Assembly: GCF_009914755.1 (NCBI RefSeq)
Contig: NC_060926.1
Source: the human T2T-CHM13v2.0 reference genome, Homo sapiens
Strand: one strand, 5' to 3'
DNA length: 64,000 nucleotides
This document shows positions 45,178 to 59,342 of this stretch, in pieces. The translations under genes and the position numbers were made by a program. The notes beneath the pieces were generated by a model. It saw only the letters and a program-made list of their open reading frames with translations. It made no database searches and was not told the DNA's origin. The stretch's first letter is position 1. Each line of letters starts with the position of its first letter.

Positions 45178-47999
45178 TACTATAAAGTGTTAAACATATG
45201 ACAAGTATTATTGGCATGGATATAATTATGCAAGAAATTAAATGTCCACTACAATTCTAGTGGGAGAATAATAATAAAATCTTAAGTAGACTGGAAAAAA
45301 AGTTTTTAAAATAGCATTGAAAATAGACATCCAAATTCTTTAAAAATCAAAGTACATTACATGCAAATTAAAAGCTTTTAAAATTTGCTTAAGCCTATAA
45401 AGGACTTTTATCAAAAAGCATTATTTTGAAAAACACAGAATTGCAAATGAGAATTACATCATTAATATTATAATGTATTTATTTTTTCAAAAAGTCACCA
45501 AGCATTTATGCAAAACACTCAAAATTACATGACATAAAATCATGCAGAAGATATGGTGCTGCCTAAGCACTGCAGGAATTGGAAAGCATTACAAATGGAA
45601 AAAAGAACACTGATTAAGAGATGTATAAATATATTTAAACATACTGTAAAAGAGAACAGCAATAACAAATCTACTGCTTTTGTGTGATTCATATTACGTG
45701 CGAGACTATTCACTTATCTTTGTTTAGCACAGGCTTCACAGTTTCTTTTATTTCAAACCTTTCTGTGTGAGTAAGACAATTTGGCAAGCAATTTGAGAGG
45801 TGGTTGTAACATATCCTACTAAATTGTCTTGTTTTTCCCCACAAAACACTTAAATAGCACAAATACTTTGTCAGATCAATGGTAACATACTGTCTAAATG
45901 AAGGACTGAAGACCATTAATCAAATCTAAATCAAAGTGAATGGCTTAACTTTACTCCATTTGGAGATTAAATCTAAGCATTTAAATAGACACACCATAAA
46001 AATACATAGTTTACAATATTTTCCATCCATTCACTTTCTATGTGACAGTAATATTGCCAAATTTGACGTTTTATTTTGTTCAAGATCTGTCTTACAAATT
46101 ATTTTACCAAGTATTTTATACACTTTAATCATAGAAAAACAATGTTAAAAACAGTTCTATAAAAAGTAAGAATTGAAATGTCGAGGCCTGAGGGAAGTCA
46201 GCCACAAACAAATTGAAGAGTCTGTTTGTGCCCTTAGGAATTTCCCAGGGTCTGGACCTTCCATCTTCTTGGGAACCACATGGTTCTCCCTGTCTCCCCC
46301 TTGCTTATAAGCCTCCCCTCACCCAGATGCAGACTATGAAGGAAACTCTGGTTCAGAAATCCGCCATGACTTGAGCTCTGCATTTCTCTCTCTCCTGTCT
46401 AACTTGACGCCATTTACACCTGTCCTTCTCCCCTGTCCCATTTCATCACTTTTGATGGATTTTCTGGTTTGCCATCCTTTTCTAGCTGCACTCTGTTGTT
46501 TAGCTGATGGAGAGACGACTGCCCCTCCATTTGCTAGCTGTTCCCTCTATTGCTGACCTTCTTGGTCAGAGTCTTCTTCATGTAAACTCATCAACCAGGG
46601 CTGGTTGTTTGCTTAATTTTCCAGAGCTTGTTATAGGATCCTTGGCCACACACTCCTTTTATTTAAAATCTACAACTTGGAAATAGTTTCTAGGGTTAAA
46701 CCTTCCCCCAAGAGTACACGGAAATCCTCACTTTCTACTAAAGATGAAAGGACACCTTCCAATTCTTATTTCATCAAATTAAAAGAAGGTGAAACTGCAA
46801 ACAAACCTTTTATTTAAAAACAAAAATATAATTATAATATTTACCTTTATATTATTCAAGTACTTCTTATTTACCAAAAATTTGTTATGAACTTTCTAAG
46901 TAATGTCGCTAATTATTATTTAAAAAGTAATTGGCCTGAAATTAACCCCTGAGTTTAAATGTAAATACGCTCTAGTAGATTATGGTGAGTAAAAAGACAG
47001 CACCCAAGAGTTTTAAACAGTTTCTATGTAGTAAGCAATATAAATTAAATTTAAACTTTGAGTAATTTTCCTTAATCTGAGATTGGGCCATGGCTGAAAT
47101 AAATCTTTCAGTAACAGCAACAACAAAAATATATGTCAAACAAGTACTTATCTCATTTTTCTTGGGGAATAACACTGGATGCATGCTGTTGATAAGTCCA
47201 GATAGGTTTGATGGGAAGCATGACTTTATAAATATTTTAGCTGTCACAGCTAAGTCTTGTTCTACTTGCTCGAGATTTTCTTTTGTCTGATAGGTATACA
47301 TAGCGTGCACTGTGACCAACACACTGTTGTAGGATCTTGAGATATTTTTGTGTTCTTGTTTGAGCAGTTACTCCTGGGAAATGAGAAGCTGAGATGAAAA
47401 TGGCTGGAAAAGGCCATAAAAGACACGTGAAGATTATGACAAGTAGCTTTAAAGAGTTTGCCAAAATTTAACTTGGATGGGAATGTTAATGTCCTACACA
47501 CGATATTATTTATGGAAGTAATAATGTCAAACTATAATTTTTTGATGTCATTGTTATATTTAATCAGCATGGGAGGACATGACTTGTTGATGAGGTTTTC
47601 CCTGGGGAAAGAAAAAAAATACTTCCAGCATAAATATACTGAAATGATGCTTAATTTTGGAAGTGAGGTGAGAAATGGGGAAGCCAGACTTAGATTAGAT
47701 GGAGAAAAACCTTTTCTCTTAGAAATGGAAAGATAGTTGAATTCCTAGACTATGGCTATTTTCAAAAGTCATTAACCACCCACAACATGGGAAAAACTCA
47801 TCTAAAACAATTCCTGATGTTCTTTGCCCTTAAAACTTACTTGGGATCAGTGACAACTAATCCTTCCAATGGTTCAGTCCAATAGACTTGGAGCCGTCCA
47901 GATTCCTTTCCTTTACTCACATTGTACATCCAGTCTGTAAGCTCTTGTTATTCTATGGAGACACTAAATAAAGAACTAGAAACTGACTAAAATAACTTT

Positions 48000-50950
48000 A
48001 ATTATTTCACTGAAAATTAGTCAAATATCTACAGCATCCAAGAGAGCACCACTCAAAAAAAAAAAAAAAAGTCAGCTTAAAAACATACAAGAAATGTCAC
48101 TGTGATTTGACTCACCCTTGTTTCCTCTCCTCCCTAGCACAATGTGTCACAGTTTTAGGGGACTGACAAGCTGGCCCCACTCCCCATCAATGAAGCACAG
48201 AAAGCCGAGCTGATCAAATTTGCAATTTCCACCTTGTGTAAAGGCTGACTAAGTGATTTGTCTCTGTGTCGCCTAACACACATCTCAAAAGGCTAAAAGC
48301 CAGGAGAAGCAATGGATCCAGGTTGTGAAAATGGACTACAGACTTTCAGATGCTTGGGAACAAGATATTTCAGACAGAGAAATACAATAGAATAGTAAGG
48401 CAGTAAGAAGAAGCAAGGGGCAGTAAGAAGAAATGGGGCAGTAAAAAGAAGCAGGGGCCAGGGGTGAGACTATTAGGGAAGTTAAGATATTGAACTGTTA
48501 TTCAATATCTTGAATTGACTGTTAAGGAAGTTAAGATATTGAAAAGCAACTTGTGTATACCAGGGAATTGGAAAAAACAAAACACAAACAAAAAGCAAAC
48601 AAATCAGAAAACAGACACACACACTTCCAAGAAAGACACATGCCCAGAAAAGGCCAGAAAAGAGCTTAAGACTCCATGCTGGTTGATTAGAAAATGTCTT
48701 CCCATGCAAGAGCCAGTCTGCAAACATGGAGAAAGGTAAATGTCTCTTCAAATGCGTAATACTATGGTTTGAATATTTGTCCTCTCCAAAACTCATGCTA
48801 AAATTTAATTGCCAATACAACAGTATTGAGAGATAGAGCCTTTAAGAGGCCACTGAGTCATGAGGGCTACTCTCTCATGCAGTATTCATTAAGGATTCAA
48901 TGCCTTAATAAAGGGGCCTTCAGAAGTGGACTCTCCCTTTGCCCTTTTGCTTTCTGCATTGTGGTGACACGTAAGAAGGTCCTCATAAGTTGGCAGCACC
49001 TTGATAATAAACCTTCCACCTTCCAAAACTGCAAGCCAAAAAATTGTGTTAATTATAAATTACTCAATCTGTGGTATTATAAGAGCACAAAATGGACTAA
49101 GACACCCAATGTTTAAAAAAAAATTACAAGGCACACACAAAAAAAGGAAAAATATGATCCACTTAAGGGAACAGATATATAAATACATCCTCAGAAAATG
49201 TTTCTGAAGAAACACCAACTTTAGGCTTACCAGAAAAGACTTTAAAACAACTGTCTTAAATATGCTCAAAAAGCAAAAGAAAAACAAATAACTAAAAGAA
49301 ATCAGGAAAAAATATATAGGAACAAAATGAGCATATGAACAAATAGAAATTATTTTTAAAGTACCAAACCGAAATTCCTGAACTGAAAAATGTAATAACT
49401 GAATTGACATTTTTAACCACATGGGTTCAACAGCAGATTTAAACCAGCAGATTAAATAATTAGGGAATTTAAAGACAGGCCATTTGAAATTATCAAGCCT
49501 GAGAGGCGAAAGGAAAAAAACAATAAAGAAAAGTGTGCAGACCCTAAAATTTATGGGACACCACCAAGAAGACCAGTATATATTTTATGGAAATTCCAGA
49601 AGAAGAAGTGTAAGAGAAGGGGTGGGAAAGCTTACTGAAAGTAATAATGGCTAAATACTTCCAAAATTTAGGGAAATAAATAAATATACAAACACAAGAA
49701 GCTCAAGTTCTAGGATAAAACCAAGGAGACACACTACAAGACTCATTATAATCAAATAGTTGAAAGCGAAAGACAAAGAGAATCCTGAAAGAAGCGAAGA
49801 AGTAACTCTTCATGTACAAGGGATCCTCAATAAGATAATGAGCAGATTTCTCAATAGAAATGTTGCAGATCACAAGGCAATGGGTAATATATTTAAACTG
49901 CTGAAAGAAAACAAGCAAACAAACAAAAAATAGTGTCAGCAGAGAATTTTATATTTAGCAAAAATGTCCTTCCAAATGAAGAGAAATTGACATTCTCAGA
50001 TTTTTTTAAGCTGTTGACTACAAACAGACCTATCCTACACCAGGAGTGAAATGTAATGTATAAACTATGAATTTTGGGTGATTTTGATGTGTCAATATGG
50101 GTTAATCAGTTGCAACAAATGTACCACTCTGGAAGGAGATATTGATAATGAAGGAGGCGATACCTGTGTGTGCCTAGGGATATATGAGAAATATTGTACC
50201 TTCCTCTTTTCTTCTGAACCTAAAATTGCTCTAAAAATAACATCTTTAAGAATTAAATAAAAAAAAAACAGAAAATGTTAATGTAGATGTGTCAAAATTT
50301 AAACTTTTGTGTACTGCTGGTCAGAATGTAAAATGAGGTAGCTGCTATAAAAAACACTGTTGTGGTTCATCAAAAAATTAAAAGTAAAATTACCACATGA
50401 TCCAGCTTGACACCTTCTGAGTATATGTAAAAATAATCGAAAACAGCATCCCACACGTGTATTTGTATGACTGCTTCACAGAAGCATTACTAGTAATAGC
50501 TGAAAGTTGGAAGCAACCTAAGTGTCCATTGACAGATGAATGGATAAACAAAATGTAGTAAATACATACAATGGAACATTATTCCACATTAAGAAGGAAG
50601 TACATTCTGGCACATGTTACAACATGGATAAATCTTGAAGACATCATGATAACGAAATAAGGCAGTGATTAAAAGACATACACTGTATGATTCCACTTAT
50701 AGGAGGTACCTAATACTCAAGTTTATAGAGATGAAAAATAGAATTGTGGCTGCCAAGCACTGGAGGAAGGGGATAAAGGTGAGTTATTGTTAATAAGTAT
50801 GGTTTGACAAAATAAAAACAAAATGTTCTGAAAATAGATGGTGATGATGTTTGCACAACATGAATGTACTTCATGTTACTGAACTGTAGACTTAAAAATT
50901 GTTAAAAGGACCAATTTCATGCTATGTATATTTTAGCACAATTTAGAAGA
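48000..50950 (+). mobile_element. Old L1M fragments (5'/ORF1 region to about 50040, then 3' end pieces)
   Basis: ORF1-like phrases (AAAGACTTTAAAACAACTG, CAAAGAGAATCCTGAAAG, GGATCCTCAATAAGAT). 3'UTR phrases (GTGTCCATTGACAGATGAATGGATAAACAAAATG, GATTCCACTTAT). Confidence 0.7.
48760..49104 (+). mobile_element. MST-type MaLR solo LTR nested in L1M
   Basis: TACTATGGTTTGAATATTTGTCCTCTCCAAAACTCATG...AAATGGACTAAGACA. Confidence 0.8.
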
Positions 50951-51856
50951 AAAAACCAGGCAACATCTTCCCTCAAATTCTTTGCATTGCCTCTTTCCTC
51001 TGTTCTTGTCCAAATTTATCAACACAATGAATTCTCTCAATGCTTCCTGTCTTTACTCAAATGTAATGTCTCAATGAGTCCAACACCGAGCATTCCATTT
51101 AAAATAAGACTGTGCCTAGAAACTCTAAAGCTTCTTGAACCCAATATAGTTTTGATAGCACTGATGATGTTCTACCTGACAATTTTAAAAAGTATATTAA
51201 TTCTATTATATTTTTTTCTATTTCCCCAGTAGAATGTAAGCTTTGTAAGAGAATGGATTTTTATCTGTTTGCTTACTAGTACAATTCCAGCAACCATGAC
51301 ACTGCCTGGCTTACAGTAGGTTCTCCACAACCTTAATCTTGAAAGCTGAATGGAGGTTGCTGCATAATTAACTACATATTTAATGTCATGCCTGAGCCTT
51401 TTGATCCTAAAGATGTCAAATTTAGTTATAAGCTATGTGTGGGTTTTACCTCCTTCCCATTCTCAATGAGTCTTTATCAAATGGTACAACTTGATCTCAG
51501 CTGATATTGTGGTGAATTAGCCAAATATCTATCCAAGCTTGAAAATAATATATAAAATAAAAATGCATTGAGGGCAATTTAGGAACATCCAGAGGTAATC
51601 ATACAAAGCCAACTAAAGACTTCCAAAGAATCCCAAGAGAAAAACAGATCAGTCTCCAGAATGAGATGGATGGTCAAGGTGTAAGCAGTACTTAGATTTC
51701 ATTTGTAGCCATCTTCAGCATGTACCCAGAAATACCTGGTGTTGTGGAAAACTGGATTTCCAGCAGTCAAGAAGAATGGGATCCTACAGACAGTGTTTTG
51801 TAATATTACCAGAAATCATACTCGAAAGTTGATGAAGGATAGAATTGTCCAAATAA

Positions 51857-52185
<329 letters not shown>

Positions 52186-55100
52186 TTAATAAATTTTAAT
52201 ATTATAAACAGGAAATTTTAAGCACAAAAAATGTCCCACTGGTTATTCAAATATGTCAAACTCACAGACATCTGATTTTAGCATAAAATTCTCCAATGCA
52301 TAAATAAATTGCTGTCTTCTTTTAAAATTTTTAAATAAAGTATAAAATTAATTATAAAGGTTAATTTTACTTTCAGGAAGCCAAGAATTAATGAGAAAAC
52401 CTAGACAATTAAAACTTTCCTGGATGAATCAGATTACACCCTCTTCTGTACTATAAATGGAAATGTTATAAAAAACAGTTAAGAAAAGAAAAATGTATAT
52501 TAATAAATATGTAAAAGAAATTAAAAAGGGTACAGAATACAAGGTAACATATAATTCATGGTTTATATCTTTCAAAATGTATTATATTTTAATGAACATC
52601 TTTTGAATGTAGTCAAGTAATTTTTCTAAAGCATTTTTCTTAGAGATTGGAATAAAACATTGGTGAAAATATCATCAAATATCTATTTCAGTTGTAGAAC
52701 ACAATACATCTGGGTATAACTTACTGGTTTACTTATTAAATTTCTCATCTTGTTCTGATGAGCAGAAAAGTGCTTTAATATAAATGCAGTTAAGTTTGTC
52801 ATTTTATATCTACTCAACTTAGTTCCCCAAATTTATTACTGGTATCATCAAATTGCTCTTAGCAATTTCAAAGCATATGAAGAAGAAAAATGTATCAAGT
52901 CGAAAAGGAAGTAAAACTTTCCTCAACATAATTAATGTCCATTTTTATTTTTATTGTCTGATCAATTATTTTAAAAGGTTACAAGATAATGCAATAAAAT
53001 TTTGATTGATATGCATGGCCAGTATCTCAGAACTTCAGGAGGTAAAACAAATTTCAATAAAAACAATTATAATAAATTTTACCAGAGGAAAAAAAGAACT
53101 TAGTTCAACTGAGATTTCCTACTGGGCTTAAAAAGTATGAAATTAAAGGCAAGGAAAAAATCATTACAAGCTATTTCTACAGGATGCCCAAAAATGTGCT
53201 TAATTTACTTCATTTCTAGACTCATTTTCAAGCTAGTTACTTCACCTTGTGCTACTCAAAACAACTATTTAATGTAAAGTTTTCTGGTGATTATCTAAAT
53301 GGTTGCATATAAATGTGCCTTTTCTGGTTAAAGATTCACCCTATGCTCATGTATAAAAATAGTGGGCAAATATTAGCCTAATAATAATCCATGTGCTTGT
53401 TTACAGTTCTGCTCTTGTAAATAAGACTTTTCTGTCTTAATTAGAGACACTAGCCTTCATAGATACAATCAGTATAGAAAAGCTATCTGAATTAGATTTT
53501 AAATATATTTTAAATATAGATAAGTGGACTCTATGAATAATTGCATGTGATATATAAATAGTTTAAGTAAAATTCTCTTACAGTCAACCAAAACTGATTG
53601 AAGTAATAAAAGTTTTCCTGTTTTGATTGAAAACAAGAAAAAAGGGGCAGGGAAAAGCTATGTACCATTAACTACAAAATGTAATAAATAAACAGTGGTT
53701 AAATACTCGCCCTACTTCTGACCCTTTGCTAGGCCCTAGAAATACACATGCCATCTTTTGTGTCAAGTATCAGTAACCAAAGTACCAGACAAAGTTTACT
53801 GCAGAAGTGAGTCTTGCTTGTTAAAGATGTCTTAGGAGTTAATCAACAGAGGCAAAGGGCGGCACGTAAGTGCAAGGGACACTATTCCCAGTAGAGCCAA
53901 TCAAAAGAGAAATAGCACAGCTTACCCAGGAAACTAACAAAGTGCTATCAAATTGCTGCCGGTGAAGTGAAAGGAGAAAGATAAAGCAGGAAAGGGAGGA
54001 AGAAACCAGAGAATTAGAACTATACAAGGAGCTTGAATTATATTTGGTGGGTAATGCAGAGCCATTGAAAATTTTTACCAAGAAATTATATTATCAGACA
54101 TAAAGAATTATAATTGTTTATGAAGCAAAACAACAACTAAAGATCACAATTTCCCAAATAGCCATTAGGAAATACTAAGAACATGCTTTCTTCTGTAATC
54201 TTATTTATTATTATTTTTTAATTTTTCACTTTTCATGTCTCTGTTGCTCTAATTACATAAATGGAATTGATAGCTGCCACTCAAAACATTGCACAGAAAA
54301 AACTCAACTGGACCTTAAAACCTGCGTGGGAGAAACAGGCTTAAAGGCAGATTCGAACACCATTTAACTGAGTATACATGAATTCAACCACTCATCTGTC
54401 CGACCTTCATAGATTATTTCATCCACTCATGCATCAATCATTTATTGATTGCTGAGTTCACTTACAGTAACAAGCTCCTTCTTATCCCTAAGAACTGCAT
54501 ATGTTTTTTCCTTTCCATAGTGCTTGATAGCATCCACGTTTCAAATGTAACAAGTCATTTCAAACTTACCTAGTATGTTTCTTGCTCTAGACCAGAGATT
54601 GGCCATTTATTTTTTCAAGAAGCCTTTTGGTTCCTTTGGGTAGAATATTATTTTATCTGTCTCAAGGGGTGCTTGTTGTTACTGGCTTGGTCGTTATTTT
54701 CAGGACTTGTCATTGAACAGAGCTAATAAATATATTTATTATTTTTTAAAGATAAAATACATCATAAATCTATAATGATATTTTCAAATATTACTATATC
54801 AAAAATATATAAATATACTCAGTATGATTCAATTTATATAACAATAAAGAACATGCAAAACTAAATAGTTTTATTTGTGGATGATTCATAAGATGGTGAG
54901 CCTATCAAAGAAAGCAAAAAAGTTTTCTCTATACCTGGCATAATTAGCTTACCTCCATGCATGAAGAGGGCTGCAACCCTAAAGTGGTGCTCAGAGGCCA
55001 CTGGGAGTTTGGGCAATGCTCTTTCCCTTTATGGAGGTAGTTACATAAAGTAGCTGTTAACTTTACAGCAATTTACTGATTTATAGATATGTTCATAAAA

Positions 55101-56060
55101 TTGTCCATGTGCCTTAGAGTTCTCGGTGTAAAGTCAATTTTAAAAAGTTGCTGTGTCCTGCTCTTCCTAACTTTTCTCAAGCATCACTAATTTTTTTTCC
55201 CAACATTTTCCCCCAACCATTTCAGTGCTATTTTTGAATATTTCATGCTTTAAAAGTTTCATGCACAGCATCTGGAACTTGTTGGAGGAATGACACCAAA
55301 GGCTCATAATAATAAATAAATATACTCTGGCTTGTTTGATTAACTTACTAGAACTTTTTCTTTTCCTTCTCTCTGGCACTATTGGCTCACACATCAGAAA
55401 TAAATAACTCCATTTGCTTTCATTAAATAAATTATCAAGATTATACCGTCCCTGTCTCTGTGTCTTAGTTTAAGTTCAGTTTATTTTAGACTGAAAATGT
55501 TTGCTGAGCACTTTATTGGTGCTCTGAACTGTGCCACACACAGAGATGGCAGCATGGAGCACCTGCCCTTGAGGGAGTTTTGGTTATGATGAAGAAATAT
55601 GTTGGGAAGCTAAATTGTCGGAAAGGCTTTTTCACTCAAAGTCTGCAGCCAGTTGAAAGGCAAATGCTATTTTTATTTATTTTCAGATTTGAAATTGTAA
55701 AAAAATCTGGTTCCTGGTATATATCTTACTTATCATTGACTAAAGTATCTGGGAAGTGAAGGTAAGTATTATCGTTTAATTCACTTTAGTAGACTCGAGA
55801 AGCATATCACTTTCATGATTTTTTTTTTTTTTGTCTATTTGTTTGTTTTTGTTTTTATTGTTGCTTAGAACTGGTAAATGGTGGTGCTGGGATTTGATTT
55901 CTGGATGTAATTCTCTTACTGTACATACCATTTATTCCAAGAGTTTATTCCATATTTTTCTATTAGCCATACATGATGCACTAACGCTACTAATTATTAC
56001 AAACATAATCCAATCCCATCTGTGAGCCAAGCCTTTGCCTGGATCTATTTGGTATTTCAG

Positions 56061-56587
56061 TGTAATGCCCAGCTTTGTTTTTACTAACCCTGTTTTTAGG
56101 CTTGTTTCCACCTGAATTGACTCTCCCTTAGCTAAGAGAGCCAGACAGACTCCATCTTGGCTCTTTCACTGGCAGCCCCTTCCTCAAGGACTTAACTAGT
56201 GCAAGCTGACTCCCAGCACATCCAAGAATGCAATTAACTGATAAGATACTGGGCAAGCTATATCCGCAATTCCCAGGAATTCGTCTGATTGATAACGCCT
56301 GAAGTCCCGAGTCTATCACCTTGTAATAGTCTTAAAGCCCCTGCACCTGGAACTGTTTACGTTCCTGTAACCATTTATCCTTTTAACTTTTTGCCTACTT
56401 TATTTCTGTAAAATTGTTTTAACTAGACCCCCCTGCCCTTTCTAAATCAAAGTATAAAAGAAAATCTAGCCCCTTCTTTGGGGCCAAGAGAATTTTGAGC
56501 GTTAGCCATCTCTCGGTCGCCGGCTAATGAAGGACTCTTAATTCATCTCAAAGTGTGGTGTTTTCTCCAACTTGCCTGGGTACAACA
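56061..56587 (+). mobile_element. 5' LTR of a HERV-T/HERVS71 provirus (LTR6A/B type)
   Basis: TGTAATGCCC...GGTACAACA with TG/CA ends. TATAAAA at 56453. Directly followed by a tRNA-Thr PBS. Confidence 0.88.
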
Positions 56588-56590
56588 TAA

Positions 56591-56608
56591 TGGAGGCCCC
56601 AGTGAGAT
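56591..56608 (+). promoter_or_regulatory. Primer binding site for tRNA-Thr
   Basis: TGGAGGCCCCAGTGAGAT is complementary to the tRNA-Thr(UGU) 3' end as I recall it (TGGAGGCCCCAGCGAGAT), with one CpG-decay mismatch. This defines the element as HERV-T. Confidence 0.85.
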
Positions 56609-57025
56609 ATTAACACCACCTGGCAAGAGCTGGTTTCACTCCGGGCTCCCCCGGAAGGACGGCCGGCTCGGAGTGGGGGCACCACCTGAGGAAACAATTT
56701 TTAGGTTCCTGAACAGTGACCGTCTTCCAGAGGAGAGCGGCTCGACTACCGTATCAGTGCCCTAAAATTCAACATCTGAGTCCTCAGCTTCTCACCCCGG
56801 GGTCAGGTAGGTCAGATTTGACTTCGTTCTGGTTCTGGTAAGAGGGAAGCAGCCCTGACGAGGGTGTCCCTCTTTTGAGTCAGCCTGTTACTCTAGGACG
56901 CTGGTGTGTTGAGCCTTGGTTTTCTGGTAGGCGCCTTTGTGTCTTGGTTTGGGTGGGAAGTGGTCCCGATGAGGACCCTCCCTTTGACTTAGCTTCTAAG
57001 ACCCAGGACGCTTGGTTTCTGGCAG

Positions 57026-58463
<1,438 letters not shown>

Positions 58464-59342
58464 GTGTTCAGGTTTCTTGGAAAATCCCCAGGAAAGAAAA
58501 AACGTGTGAATCGTGTGTGAATGTGGGAAGACAAAGGCTTGCGTTTGTCTTCCAGTTTGTAGCTCCGCAGAGAAAGCTACGGAGTTCGAATGGCCTTCAC
58601 CTGCGGTTCCGTGGCAACCTCATAAGGCTTAAGGCAGCATCGGACATAGCTTGATCTGAGCCGGGGGTTTATACAGGCCTGCGAATGCTAAGAGGAGCCC
58701 AAGTCCCCTCAGGGGGAGCGGCCAGGCGGGCATCTGAATGATCCCATCACGGGACCCCCTTCCCTTGTCTGTGTAATAAAGAAAGTAAAACAGGAAAACT
58801 GTCATAATTGTTTACATGCCCTAGGGTCAATTGTTTGTTTTATGTTTATTGTTTTGTTCAGCGTCTATTGGCTTGTTTAATAGTTGTCAAAGTGTTACAT
58901 GTCAGGATGTGGATATTGTCCACGACATCTGGGTAAAAATTTCTTCAAGGTTCTTAGTGCTGATTTTTTGTCACAAGAGGTTAAATTTCTCATCAATCGT
59001 CTAGACTGGCCACCACAGTCTTGTCTTTTCTGTCATAAACAAGTAAGGTGTTGTTACGGAAAACGGTGTGGAAAACATTCACCTGATTGGAATTTCTGGC
59101 ACCATGAAGGTTGCGGGTATTTAGATTGTCATACCCCACGTCCTAGTGATTGGTCTTCTAAACTGAACTGGTGGTGGGTTCAAAACTGCCACCCTGCAGA
59201 CCTTCTTGCTCACCCTTTTTGTCATTCTGTAACTTTTCCTGTGCCCTTAAATAGGACCTTGTGTAGGGAAACCTACGGCCGTCATGCTTTACTTCGTTTA
59301 GACTCCTATTCTGTTCCCCTGTGGCTACTCTCTCATCATAAG

